Shown here piece by piece: positions 1-11,497 of a stretch of 51,035 nt of DNA. How positions within the stretch are numbered: the stretch's first letter is position 1; every line of letters begins with the position of its first letter. Source of the DNA: Prasinococcaceae sp. CCMP 1430 (taxonomy: Eukaryota > Plantae > Prasinodermophyta); contig RQSC01000626.1 in NCBI GenBank assembly GCA_013416795.1, positions 52,506 to 103,540 on the forward strand, given 5' to 3'. The position numbers and the translations under genes were made by a program. The notes below the pieces were generated by a model. It ran no database searches. It was given only the letters and a program-made list of their open reading frames with translations, and was not told the DNA's origin.

Positions 1-142
1 GGGCGACCCAGCAACAGCCCGGCAGAGGCGCGGCGGCGGAGGAGGAGGAGGGGCCGCGCGCGCGAGCGGCGCGCGCCACTCGCCTGCCGCGGTGTGGAGA
101 CCGGCGCCGCCCCCGGGGCGCCCCGTCCCGGGGCAGGGGCCG

Positions 143-2017
143 ATGGCGTTCACGACGCGCTCGCTGCGGGAGAATGGCGCGCCCGTGGAGAGCGCGGCGG
201 GCGCCATGGTGGGCCCGGGCTCGTACCTCGGGCAGGAAGCGTACAAAGTCTCGCAAGCGTACGCGCCATTCGCCTCAACGGCCGGGCGTGACATGGGTGG
301 CGCGAGCGGGTCGAGGGCTGTGCCAGGGCCCGGAGCGTACGCCAGCGCGCATGGCGGCATCGCTGGTGAAGTGCGCCGCCGCGCTGCGACGGCATCCAAC
401 TGCTTCGCGTCGGGCGTGAAGCGCTTTGAGGGCCCCGGCGTGGAGATGGCCGCGCCGACGCCCGGCCCGGGCACATACGCTGAGGGTAACGCGTGGGTCA
501 GGCGCGCTGGCTCCACGCCTGCGGCTGCCTTGGCGTCTCCGGCGCGGCGCATGACGTTTCGGCGCACCCCCACGGCGCCGAGTGTGCCTGCGCGCAACCA
601 GAGCTACGGATACGAGGAGGGCCGCAACGGCGAGCTGGTCATGCAGAGACCAAACATGACCGGACACGACGGTACCGGTGCCGACTCGGTGGGGCCGACG
701 CAGTACCGGCCCAACTTCAAGGCGCTCGAGCGCTCGCGCCAGACCAATTTCGGCGCCAGCCGCTCATCGCGCTCGGCGATTGGCGTGGGAGGTGGCGCGC
801 AGGACACGCCGGGGCCAGGGGCATATGCAACGCAGGGCCGCGGCGTGGGTGGGCTCGGTGGCAAGGTGGGACGCGGTGCGGATGGATCCGCAGCTGGGGG
901 TAGCAACAGCAGCGGAGAGGGCAGCGTGGCACCCGACGCCTTCGAGGCAGCGCAGGCAGCGCAGCCGTCGTCCAACTTCGCATCGCGCGTGCCGCGCTTA
1001 AGTGGCAGCGGTGATGATGGCGAGCAGCGTGACCCGGGGCCGGGACCTGGCACGTACGAGACGCTCAAAGCCATCACGCTCAAGTCGGCGCCACGAGCGC
1101 ATCAATTCTTTGGCTCGACATCCAAGCGGGCGTATGAAGTCGACGCACCTTCGCTGCTCTCGGCGCCGATGCAGCTCAAGACGCCTGGTCCCGGTCAGTA
1201 CGCGGAGCGGCGCACATCTTTCGCGCCCGCGCGGATGGGGCCAGACGCGGCGCCTTTCACATCGACGCAGCGGCGCTTCAGCATGGCTGGGACAGGCAGC
1301 AATCCCAAGGCGCTGCCCGGCCCAGGCCAGTACTCAAACGACGATCCGCGCTTCGTGAGCAGCGCGCTGGGTCGCAAGGTCGTGGGCCGCAATGGCGCCT
1401 TCGGAACGACCAGCGACAGATTCATTTCGAGCAGCAACCAGAGCAATGACGAGGCGCCGGGACCAGGTGCCTACATCGACTCGACCAAGCTCATCACAGG
1501 CGAGGGCATCAGGCAGGCGGCCATGCGCAAGCCGTCTGCAGCCTTCGCCTCGGGCACCATTCGCTTCAACCACAAACCCAGGACCGAGAACGGCGCTGAG
1601 GGCGGCGCTGTCGGTAGTAGCGAGAGCCTGGGCGCCCCGCCTCCAGGCACGTACGAGATGGATGATCCCTGGAAACGCGTGGGCAAGCAGCGCGCACCCG
1701 CGCGTCACGGCGGCGCCATTTTTATCTCGACGCAGCCGCGCTTCAAGGGCGCCGCAGCCGTGGGCGCGGGCAGCTGTGGGAGCGCGGCAGAGAACGAGAC
1801 GCCCGGCCCAGGCTATTATTCTACGGACGGCCAGCTCAGTGCCGGCGCCCGCCCACAGCTCGATCTGCGCCGCGGGCCGCGCGCGGGCTTCAACTCGAAC
1901 AGCGGTCGCTTCAAGAGTACCAACAGCTTCACGCCAGGCCCGGGTGCGTACGAGAACTCCCGGCCGGATCAGGCCCTGATCAGGCGTTCCTACAATGTCA
2001 CCATTGAGTCGATGTGA
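143..2017 (+). CDS. Sperm-tail PG-rich repeat (SHIPPO/STPG2-like) ciliary protein, single exon
   Basis: About 12 P/V-G-P-G-x-Y repeats, each preceded by aromatic F-x-S/T-x-x-R segments. First ATG is at 143 (MAFTTRS...VGPGSY). TGA at 2015-2017, then TGTAA at 2045. Confidence 0.85.
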   Translation: MAFTTRSLRENGAPVESAAGAMVGPGSYLGQEAYKVSQAYAPFASTAGRDMGGASGSRAVPGPGAYASAHGGIAGEVRRRAATASNCFASGVKRFEGPGVEMAAPTPGPGTYAEGNAWVRRAGSTPAAALASPARRMTFRRTPTAPSVPARNQSYGYEEGRNGELVMQRPNMTGHDGTGADSVGPTQYRPNFKALERSRQTNFGASRSSRSAIGVGGGAQDTPGPGAYATQGRGVGGLGGKVGRGADGSAAGGSNSSGEGSVAPDAFEAAQAAQPSSNFASRVPRLSGSGDDGEQRDPGPGPGTYETLKAITLKSAPRAHQFFGSTSKRAYEVDAPSLLSAPMQLKTPGPGQYAERRTSFAPARMGPDAAPFTSTQRRFSMAGTGSNPKALPGPGQYSNDDPRFVSSALGRKVVGRNGAFGTTSDRFISSSNQSNDEAPGPGAYIDSTKLITGEGIRQAAMRKPSAAFASGTIRFNHKPRTENGAEGGAVGSSESLGAPPPGTYEMDDPWKRVGKQRAPARHGGAIFISTQPRFKGAAAVGAGSCGSAAENETPGPGYYSTDGQLSAGARPQLDLRRGPRAGFNSNSGRFKSTNSFTPGPGAYENSRPDQALIRRSYNVTIESM

Positions 2018-2044
2018 GCTCACAGCACCGGCGGGCGAACACTG

Positions 2045-2049
2045 TGTAA
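2045..2049 (+). terminator. TGTAA poly(A) signal (also at 4149, 43502, 50572 on +; 30822 on -)
   Basis: UGUAA is the established chlorophyte poly(A) signal. Each copy lies shortly downstream of a stop codon on the coding strand. Confidence 0.6.
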
Positions 2050-2514
2050 ATTGCCAGCGGGTATTCACGACCACTCGCACGCCGCCGCCCGCGCGCCAGC
2101 TACCTCTTCACGCACCTGCCGTTATATGTGTCGTCGCACCTGCCCGTGCCGCGCGGACGGCCGCTACCGCTGGAGCGGCTGCACCTCGTCCCCCTCCTCC
2201 CCCCTCTAACCCCCTTCCCCCTCCTCGGCCCGCCGCGCGTGGCGTGCAAGTGCCGGCGGCGCCAGTGCCGACGCGATACTTTGGGTCTGGGTCAGGTACG
2301 CGCACGTTTCGTTGGCATTGTTGCGCGTAGGACGAGTGGAAAAGGGTTCGCAGAATTCTGGCTTTCAATCGCTTTCAACCGGCGTTTGCAGCCCGAGCGC
2401 GCGGCAGGCGGTGTGGCGCGCGCGGCGAAAGGGCACGCAGCGGCGCGCGCGCCACACAGGGCGCGGGCCGATACGCACGCCTCCTGCCACTCCGACGCCT
2501 CAGCCGCCGCCGCG

Positions 2515-3995
2515 ATGCCGTCTAACGGGCACAAGAAGATGCAGCCGCCGCGCGACTCCTACGCGGCGACGGCCAACGGCGTCCAGGTCGGCGTCATCCT
2601 CTAGCGCGGCTTCGGCCACGACTTCGTGTCGTGCGACGTCAGGTACGCAGCACGGAGTGTGGAGGCGCACGCGAGTAGGCGTGCAGGCTGCGGGCGGCGG
2701 CGGTGTCTGTGATGGGATGGGAGGAGCATAGAAATGCGCGCGAGGGAACACAAAACGGCACGGTGGGGCGCCGGCGGAGCGGGCCGCACCTTGCCATGCC
2801 CTGCCCTCCTCCTCTGCAACCCACGCCAAGGGGCCTCGGGCGCCGCAAAGCGCTGCGCCGCGCACGCCGCGCACGTCGCGCGTGCGCGCGCAAGCCGCGG
2901 CGCTTCGCGGCCCTTCTCACCGGCGACTCGTCGCATGCGCGCCCCACCCAGTGCCCCCGCATGCCGCCGCGCCGGCGCCGCCCCGCCGCGGCGAGCGCCC
3001 AGGAGGGGAGCGAGGGGAGACGAAGGGGTGCGCTCTGTCTGCCTTCGCGGTTTTTGAGCGCGGGTTGGCGGGGGTCAAAAAGCATTGATTTTCTACGATG
3101 AGCCCTTTATGATGTATGGGTCAGGGTCTGCAGAAAATGAAATCCGTCGGCCCGCCCAAGTGGCATGGGCGGCTTGCGCCCGTTCACCCACCGTGCGCGC
3201 GTGCGCGCGTGGCATGGCGCAGCCTGGGGGAGAGGAATCGGGGCGCGGATTCGCACGTGGTGTTGACCGCCGCGACTGCCCCCTCCCCCCCACACCCACA
3301 CCCACACACACATACACTCTGCAGGGTTAAGTACGATGAGACCATCGGCACGCTCAAGCAGCGCGCGGCGAAGAAGCTCGACATCCCTGTCCAGCAGATG
3401 CAGGTGTGTGCGCGCACGCTGGACGCAACGGCTTTATCCGTTAAGCTTAGGCTGCGCGCGCGTATTACGATGCAGCGCGGTGCTTTTTGCTGACGCGGCG
3501 GCGTGCATACAGCTTTTCTACAACGACCGCGAGCTCAAGCCCACGCCGCATGCGCTCAACGGTCTCGTGTACGATGAGATGACCCTCGGCGAGCTGTACA
3601 TCGGCCCTGGCGAGACTCTGTACGGGTATGACCTCGCTATCGCGCCTGACTACTGGCCGAAGAAGTACAACGAAGAGAAGGAGATGCTCGAGCTCATGCC
3701 CGAGTTCAAGGCGCTAGAGGCGGAGCCCGAGAAGCACGTGATGCCTGAGGTGGAGCGCGTGACGGACCCTGTGCTTTATGCTCGCGCCCGCAAGGTGTAC
3801 ACCACCGAACTGGACTGCAGCGGCAGAGTGGCCTTCAAGGGCATGATCGAGCCAGAGACGGCGAGCAAAGTGGCTTCGGAGAACTGGCCGGGCATTGCAG
3901 AGAAGGGCTGGCTGCCAGGAAAGTGGAACGAGGACAGGCACGCATTCCTAGGCTCGGCAGGCGGACAGGAGTACGTCGTGGCCAAGGCGGACTGA
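2515..3995 (+). CDS. Ubiquitin-like-domain protein of unknown function, 3 exons, with an in-frame TAG at codon 30 (recoded, pseudogenised or sequencing error)
   Basis: Exons 2515-2642, 3325-3403 and 3513-3995 total 690 nt in one frame, with GT..AG junctions and a CTGAC branch in intron 2. The translation VKYDETIGTLKQRAAKKLDIPVQQMQLFYNDREL fits the ubiquitin-fold pattern. TAG is at 2602-2604 and TGTAA at 4149. Confidence 0.7.
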
Positions 3996-4211
3996 TGCCC
4001 CTCGCGCACGTCGCGCCGCGCGCGGCACCGCGTACGCCGCACGCCGCCGCACCTCTTGCCGGACGACCCGGACGCCGCCATGTGCGTCAACCCGTGCGCG
4101 AGTGCCGGGCGCCCCGCTCGCCTCCCCCCGCCCCCCCTCCCCCGATCCTGTAAACAAGAAATCATCCCAGCCAGACGCCATCGACCGTATGCATGCATGC
4201 AATGTAGTGAT

Positions 4212-4227
4212 TACAAACCCTGAAATT
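4212..4227 (+). promoter_or_regulatory. Telo-box-like element TACAAACCCTGAAATT (copy 1)
   Basis: An identical 16-mer occurs at 22525-22540. Both lie in AT-richer intergenic patches upstream of genes. Confidence 0.5.
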
Positions 4228-4541
4228 ATTGAAAACCCGAAAACTATGTTGGGGTTGCGGCATGCCCTGCACGTGGCACGTTGGGTGCGGGGGCCGCCAC
4301 AGCACGCACCCGCGGCGCGCCGTTGCCCCGGTCTCGCTGCCGCCGCCTCGCCTTTGTTGGGAGGGGGGAGGGGGGAGGGACCGCCGAGCCGCTACGCGAA
4401 CCCGTGTGCCCGCGTCGTGCGGAGCGCTCGTGGCGCGACGGGCGAGGGGAAGGAGCGAGGGAGAGCGCGTGTGCGCGCGCGTGCGCGCGGCGTCGCCGTC
4501 GGGGCTTTCTGCCCGCCGCGGGCCGGCGCGCAAGCTCCACG

Positions 4542-5708
4542 ATGCACGCAGCGACGCTCGGCGCGCGGCGCGCGGCGGTGGCGGCGCGCGCGCAAGCGGG
4601 ACGTGGAGGTAGCCCTCGCGTGCGTCCGCTGCGTGCGGTCGCCGCCGCCGCCGGCAAGACGCCCACGGCGGGCGATACGGACGGAGCAAGGACCTTTGCC
4701 GAGGCCGAGCGCATGCCGGTACCCAAGAACTTCAGGGTCAAGATCGAGACCGCGAAGTGCGTCTTGCGCGCGCGCCGCCTCTCAGCCTCGGCCCCCGACG
4801 CGCGCGCTCGTCACTGACGCGAACACTCGCCGCGCGCGCCGCGTAGGTACATCAAGTCGAGCGTGAAGGTCGAGCAGTGCCCGCGCGACGGCCTGACGGA
4901 GATCGCCGTCATCGGGCGCTCCAACGTGGGCAAGAGCTCGCTCATCAACGCGCTCACGCGAAGTGAGGGCCTCGCCAAGGTCTCCAAGACACCCGGTAAG
5001 ACGCGCACCATCAACCACTTCCTCATCAACGGCCAGTGGTACCTCGTCGACCTGCCCGGGTATGGCTTCGCGGAGAGGCAGGCGTCGGAGCGCGAGGTGT
5101 GGCAGGAGTTCACCCGCGAGTACTTCCTGGACCGCAAGAACCTCGCGACAGTGCTACTGCTCGTGGACTCGAGCGTCGAGCCGCAGCAAATCGACCTCGA
5201 CGCCCTCGCGTGGATGGGGGAGAACCAAATACCCGTCTCTCTGGTCTTCACGAAGATCGACAAGAAGCGCAAGGGGTCTTCCAACGCCGACAACATCAAG
5301 GCGTTCAAGGAGGCTGTCGGCAGGAACTGGTGCGAAAGCCTCGCCCGCTTGTGTCCGCCCGCCCGCCCCATGCGTCGCAATGCGTGCATGCACCTACGCG
5401 CACGAGTGCCTGAGGAGGAGAGTGCACCAGCAACCGTCCATTCTTGCCGCTGACGCGCCTCGGGGACCGTGGCACGCTCGCTGCACTGCCACTGCTCTTC
5501 GCGCGCGCCCGCACCACACACATGCCGTCCACCCCACAGGGACGTGCTCCCGCCGTGCCTGGAGACGTCTGCCGCGCGCAACTCGGGCCTCGGCAACGTG
5601 CTGCAGCATGTGGCCGGCGTGCGCGCGTTCTACGAGAAGGAGGCCAAGCCGACGGCGGGCAAAAAGGGCTCAGACGCGCGCTTCATGCGCATGCTGCAGG
5701 GCAACTGA
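4542..5708 (+). CDS. engB: EngB/YihA/YsxC-family ribosome-biogenesis GTPase, probably organelle-targeted
   Basis: Exons 4542-4756, 4847-5329, 5540-5708 (867 nt). G1 GRSNVGKSS, G2 PGKT, G3 DLPGYG and G4 TKID are present. The Ala/Arg-rich N-terminus resembles a transit peptide. Confidence 0.92.
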
Positions 5709-5856
5709 GCGTTCGCCGCGCGCCCACTGTACGTGTACCATAACGACGGACAACTGAGAGCAAAGAAGAGCACCGGGGAGAGCGCATAGGAAAAAATCGG
5801 GGCAGGGTGTATTAGGCATGCGCTCGCTTGCCGCTTGCGCTCACGCAGCCGCGCCT

Positions 5857-6540
5857 TCACGGCCGCTTGGCGATGCGATCCTCCCACATGTCCGCATCGG
5901 CATCCTCCGCGAGGCTGCGCGGGGATACGAGCGACTGCACGCGGTCGAGCTTGGTCTCCATCCACACGTCCAGGTCCTCCTCGGAGTCGCACCAGCCAAG
6001 CGCGCGCAGCCGCGCCTCCGAGCTGTCGAGACGCTGCTCCTTGTACCACTCATCGAGCGCCGCCTTGGCACGCGACACATGCACGTTCTGTGTTCGCGCA
6101 AGCACCTTGCGCTCGCGGTCGGCCGCCTGCCTCTCCTTGTCGCGAGCGATGTTTTCCGCGGCGCGCTCCTTCCGCAGTCTCTTTCGCTCGGCGAGCGCCG
6201 TCTCGTCGCGCTGGCCTGCGCGCGCGCGCTCCTCGGCTTCGCGCGCTGCCGTGCGCTTGTACTCCTCGCCGAACTCAGCGCGCAGCCGCTGCATCTCGCG
6301 CCGGTACTCGGCGCGCGCAGTGCTGAAGTCCTTGTCGTCGCCGCCGACGACTCCGTGGCCGCCACGCGTCTTGGGCGCACCGCCAGTCGAGTAGCATCGC
6401 AGGTCACATAGGCGTGCCGTCGCCCCTCCGCCGCCCCTTCCCAGCCGGCCTACCCCAGCTGCCCAAGGCAGCGTGGCCGCGGTGGCGGTCGCCGCTGTCG
6501 CTGCGCGAGCGGCACGCGCTCCCGCCGCGCGCGCGCCCAT
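5857..6540 (-). CDS. Mitochondrion-targeted charged coiled-coil protein, possibly mitoribosomal mS26-like
   Basis: ATG at 6540. The Ala/Arg-rich presequence ends in RCY|ST, an R-3 cleavage-like motif. It is followed by a long E/R/K helix (EYRREMQRLRAEF) and a terminal WCDSEEDLD motif. The family assignment is an inference. Confidence 0.6.
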   Translation of the reverse strand: MGARAAGARAARAATAATATAATLPWAAGVGRLGRGGGGATARLCDLRCYSTGGAPKTRGGHGVVGGDDKDFSTARAEYRREMQRLRAEFGEEYKRTAAREAEERARAGQRDETALAERKRLRKERAAENIARDKERQAADRERKVLARTQNVHVSRAKAALDEWYKEQRLDSSEARLRALGWCDSEEDLDVWMETKLDRVQSLVSPRSLAEDADADMWEDRIAKRP

Positions 6541-6950
6541 CCCGCCGCGCCCTCCTCCGACTCCGAGAGGGCTCTGAGGCGCCAAGCCCTGGCAGCACGG
6601 CGCGGCCCGGCGCGCGCCGCCCTCCCCGCACGCGTGCGCGAGCGCGCGGGCGCACGCGCAGTGGCGAGAGCACTGCTGCGCGCCGCGCTGCCTCGCCTCC
6701 ACCCTAAAAACAACCATTCGCTCAATGGTCCGGCGGCGTCACCACAGGGCGCGCGGCACGCGGCACGCGGCGCCCGGTGAGAGACAAGCTTGTATCTGCC
6801 TGCTCCCATCCCACCCACACGCGCGCGCGCGCCCCGCTCTCTCTCTCTCGCGCGCGCGCTCGCGCACTGTCCCTCCCGCCGCCCGGCGGACGGGCGGAAG
6901 CGGGAGGTCGCAGGGGGAGGTGGGTGGGAGAGGCAGAGGTAACGGCGGCG

Positions 6951-7238
6951 ATGGCCGCGGCGGCGGCGCTCGCGCTTCCCGCTGCGCGCGTGCGCCCGCG
7001 GTGCATGGCGATCGGCGTGGGCAGCCGCGTGAAGGTGGCCAAGCCAGTCACATGCTACCAAATGCCCGGCTTCAAGGATGGCAAGCAGATGGAGGGCATG
7101 GAGGGCGTCGTGGACAAGGTCATCGACACGAACCTCAGCGCGACGCAGAAAATCAGGGTGAAGTTCGAGTTTGAGGCCGACGGCAAGCGGAAAAAGGCCT
7201 CCGCCCACTTCGCCGAGGGTGAGCTCGAGGAGGTGTGA
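6951..7238 (+). CDS. FTRV: Ferredoxin-thioredoxin reductase variable subunit (FTR-V), plastid-targeted
   Basis: Transit-like N-terminus, then VGSRVKV...EGVV...SAT..IRVKF...AHFAEGELEEV, which matches the FTR alpha-chain pattern. Confidence 0.8.
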   Translation: MAAAAALALPAARVRPRCMAIGVGSRVKVAKPVTCYQMPGFKDGKQMEGMEGVVDKVIDTNLSATQKIRVKFEFEADGKRKKASAHFAEGELEEV

Positions 7239-7410
7239 GGGCGCTCGGAGCATCCCGGTCGTACGAGGCGCGCCGCGCCGCCCGCTGGCCGGCCTCGCAC
7301 CAACACGTGCTGCCATGTATCTTATGTTCTTAAAATCTCACAGACCAGCGGGCGGGCGGGTGGTGTGCGTGTGCGCGCGAGAGGGGCGCGAGCGTGAGGT
7401 GAGGGCGACC

Positions 7411-10400
7411 TCAGTCGACGTCCATCGCGTCGGCGTCGCCGCCACCGTGGGCGTCGGCACCGACCTCAGCGCGCGCGGCCTTGATCCTGGGGGCGATCTT
7501 GGCGTCCTTCTCGAGCTTGGCGAGCATTTCGGTGAACTCGGCGCACGAGAGGTCCTTGATGAGCTCCGCCTTTGCGATGCAGCGTGCCGCGCCGCGCAGC
7601 ATGTCCTCGTGGCGGTCTACCTCCTGCTTGACGGCGTCGCTCTTGAGACGCGCTGCGAAGGTCTTGGCGAGCGGCGCGCAAAGAGCGGGCAGCGCGGCCG
7701 CGACGTCGGCCGGCCGCGTGCTCGTCAGCCGCTCCAGCGTAATGTGCGCAAAAACCTTGATCTCGTACGCGTCGTCGAGCGCGGACACCAGCGCTTGAAG
7801 TAGCGGCGCCGGCTCGAGCAGCGGCGCGAGCGATGGTGAGGCCAGCAGGGTGTCCAGGCACTCGAAGGACGCCTTGCGCAGCTCCAGGCCGTCGTCAATC
7901 TTGTGCTTGAAGGGCCCCAAGTCGACCATGCGCACCATGTCCTCGCGGATGGCCGTCTGAGCGTACAGCACGGGCAGGAGACTGGGCAGGAGACCGTGTA
8001 CCAGCGCGGGCTTGTTGTGTACCGCCGAGCTCAGCGCCAGCGCAGCGGCGCGCCGCACGTGCCTGTCGTCGTCGCCGAGCAGGCCTAGCAGCGTGGGCGC
8101 CGCCGCCGCGAGCGCCTCGTCCGCCTGCGTGGGCCGGTCGACGAACACGTAGCGAGCAGCAGAAGCTGCAGCGTACCGCAGCGCGACCTTGTCCGATGCC
8201 GCATTGGCCGCGATCACCGGAACGGCCACCGCAGGGGAGAGCAGGGCGAGCTTGCCGAGGCATTCCGCGACTACGTTCCGCACGCCCTCCTCCTCGCTCT
8301 CGCTCATGCTTAGCAGCAGGTCGATGGCAGCTTGCACGTCGCCTTCGCTGAGCGCCGGGGTGGCCTCGTCGACCTCGCCGGTGACAGCCGCGGCGCTCGT
8401 GGGCGTCGAGCCCTGCACGCCAGCCTGGCACATTATCACCTCGCGCAGCGCCTGCAAGAGCAGGTAGTTGAGCTTGGCATCGCTGCCCACGCGCTGGAAA
8501 ATGAATGGGAGGTAGGCGGTAGGATTGCCAGCGGCAATGCCTCCAAGGGCAAAGCTCGCGGCGCTCTTCACCGACTCCGACGCGCTCGCAGACGTGAGCT
8601 CCGCAGCAACCGCCTCGGCCGCGCCAGCATGGGCCGACATGTCCATCTTGCGGCCCATCTGACCCAGACATAAGAGAGACAGTAGCACTTCGGCCTCATT
8701 GGTGCCATCGCTGAGCCCGCCCATCAGCGCGTTGACAGAAGCAGCACACTGTGCAGAGCCCGCGGCAACGCACAGCCCGGCGGCGCAGCGGGCGGCTCCG
8801 CCTGCCGCCGAGGCGGCGGCAGCGCCGCCTGAGCTCGCGGCGGCCGCGACCGCGTCGCGCGCGGCCTTCATGAGCTCGGAGTGCAGCTCGTCGAACGATG
8901 CCTGAGGGGCATTGACGCTGGCCAGCGCAGCAAAAAAGGCCTGCAGAGCGCGCAGGGCGCCGCCCTGGAGCAGCGGCGAGCGTGCCAGCTGCAGCGCAGG
9001 CTTGAGAGCCTTGTCCACCACAGTTGCGGACACAGCCGGCGCCGCGTGAAGGGAGGTCACGCACAGGCGAAGCGCCGCGGCCGCGAGGTTGAGGTCATCC
9101 GACACTATCAGTGCCGCGCTCTCCTTGATGGCGCCAGCCAGGCTCTCGGCATCGGGGGCACCGGCTTTCGCGCCCGCGAGCGAGATGAGGGCTTGCAGTG
9201 CCGCAGCGCGCATGGTGTGGTCCGCCTGGCGCACGAGGGGGCTGAAGGCAGCAGCGGCACGCGCGGAAATGGCCGACAGATCAATGGCCAACGGGGACGA
9301 CGACACGCGCGTGAGGGCGCGCACCGCCGCGAGTCGGGTCACCTCGTTGTCCACCTTGTCGAGCAGGGACTCGAGCATGTCGCTCGCACGTGCGTTCGGG
9401 AGATCACCCAGCTCGCTGACGAGCATGGACGCAGCCGTGATGGCGCGCTCCTTGACCTCCAGGTCCTGATCGGTCGCCGCCATGCGCGCAGCGACCACGT
9501 CGGAAACGCTGGTGATGCTTGTCACGAGGTCAGCGGGCACTGCGCCGCCTGGCTCCCGCACTGCCTTCAGGGCCTGGGCAATACATGCCAGTCCCGCGGC
9601 CGCCACCTTGTAGTACTTGTCGTTGGCAGCCTCGCACAGCGGGGCGATCAGCACCCCGAGGTGCGGCTGTACGTCTCCAGCGGCATGCGTGTCGAGCAGC
9701 ACCTCGATGAAGTTGAGCGCTTCCACCTTCATCGCGCCCGCGCCTGCGGCGTCCTCCGCGAGGGCAGCCGCCGCAGCATCGAGGAGCGACCCAACTTGCT
9801 CCGCGAAGCAGCCTGGCAGCACGCCGCAGGTCTGCGCTAGTAGGCCGAAGGCGGCCATCCGCGCCTTCCCCTCCTTTGCCTTGGCTTCGCGGAGCTGGCG
9901 GGCGAGAGCCTTCACCAGAGCCGGCACCTCGGCCGCCAGGGCGTCGCCTTGCTTTTTGGCACAGCCAAGTAGCGCACCGTACGCCGCGAAGACGTCGAGG
10001 CGCACCACTTCCTCGCGGTCGCGGAAGCGCCCAATCAGGCGGGCCGACGCCGCGTGGAACCCGCCCTCGGCCGAGACGGTCTGTGGCTGCGCTGCGAACA
10101 CCGTGGCCGCACTGCGCGCACTCGCACGGCGGACCTTCCAGCTCGTGTCCTCATCGTCCGAGTAGTCTCCCTCATCGTCCTCGTAATCGTCGTCGTCACC
10201 GTCCATTATCTCGTCGTCCCCGTCGCTGTCCTCGTCGTCGGCGTAGTTGGGATCGTAGGACAGCAGCTCGAGCGACACGTCGAGCGCATCAGCGGCCAGC
10301 GGCGCCGCCTGCGCATGGCAGCGCTTCATCATAGCCTCAATGGCACCCAATGCAGCCTCCCGCAGCTCGTCGTCCTCTGGGCCCTCGCCTGCGGAGCGCA

Positions 10401-11497
10401 CGCGCGCAGCCAAGGCAGGTAGCACCTGCGCGATGTGCGGGCCGAAGCGCGCTCCAACCGTGCGCGCGATTGCGCCGATGAGCGTGACGCGGATGTTGAC
10501 CGCCATGGTGCTACCGGCGCTCGCGAGCCCACCCATGGCATCGCCCACGATGCTTGCGAGGGTTTGGTCGGGCACATGTGCCGACAGCGCCGCCAGGCAA
10601 TTCGCCGCGCGCTTGCGCATGGGTGCGCGGCCCGCATCAAGCAGCGGCGTGATGGTCGCGCGCGTGTCTTCGAGCTCCGCAGCGAGGACACTTCCAAACT
10701 TCTCCAGCAGCAGGTGCAGCACGTCGAGGCACTCGATGAGCGCATTGGCCGCCATGCCATCGCTCGAGGCTGCGCCGCAGAGCGGCGCGAGCAATGTCTT
10801 CGGCACCACGCTGTGCTGGTCGGCGGGCATCTCGGTGAGCACTGTCTTGAGCGCGATCGCGCACGCGTCCGAGCGCTGCTCCTTGCCCGAGACGAGACCC
10901 TCGCACAGGCTCTTCGCCATGAGTGCCACAACCGCATCGTCCGCATTGCGCGACAGGGGCGCAAGACACTTGACGGCAAGCGCAGAGACGTCGCCGCTGG
11001 TGTCTTCGAGCCTCGCGAGCAGCTGCTCGAGGATCCGGCGCTCGGTGGGTGCGTCGAGCGCGACGCTGCCGCTGTTGAGCTCCACCAGCAGGTCGCTCGT
11101 TGCCATGTACCTGAAGTCTTTGTCATGCGATCCGATCTGTGCGCATTGCATGCGGCGCGCGCGATCGGCCGCCGCGATCATCGGGCGCGCAGGCGAGGCA
11201 CGACGGAGCGTGCCGTCGTGCGGTTGTCAGCGGCGGTCGTCAGCAGCCGGCGCGCACGAAACGAAACGCGCACAAGTGCGTAGGCGCCTGCAATGCGCGC
11301 GGCGCGGCGGCGCCCCATCGCGATCTGACTCGCGGCAGGCGGCGCGTGGCGACTCCCCAGCAGCCGCGCACGCAGCCACCACCGGGGTGCCGCGCCCAAC
11401 CCCACCACCACTCCATCTCCGCCCCTGTGCGGCGCGCGCGCGGCCGCCCCGCCCGCACCTTGTCCAGGATCTCGCGGATCCTCGCCCCCGACGGCAT
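7411..11497 (-). CDS. CAND1: Cullin-associated NEDD8-dissociated protein 1 (HEAT repeats)
   Basis: Exons 11497-11459 (MPSGARIREILDK) and 11136-7411. Diagnostic motifs: DKDFRYMATSDL, YDPNY plus acidic tract, DTSWKVRRASA, EEEGVRNVVAECLGKL, VDLGPFKHKIDDGLELRKASFEC. Confidence 0.97.

Noticed and set aside
2602-2604. Genome-wide TAG-to-Gln reassignment (as in some ulvophytes) to explain the in-frame stop
   Set aside because: TAG ends PWI, PRIM1, the kinase and the 38655 ORF at plausible C-termini, and TAA ends RPL30 at its expected end. The standard code fits.
3085-3150. Box C/D snoRNA or SECIS in the long intron
   Set aside because: No proper RTGATGA/CTGA pair. A SECIS would act from a 3'UTR on UGA, not from an intron on UAG.
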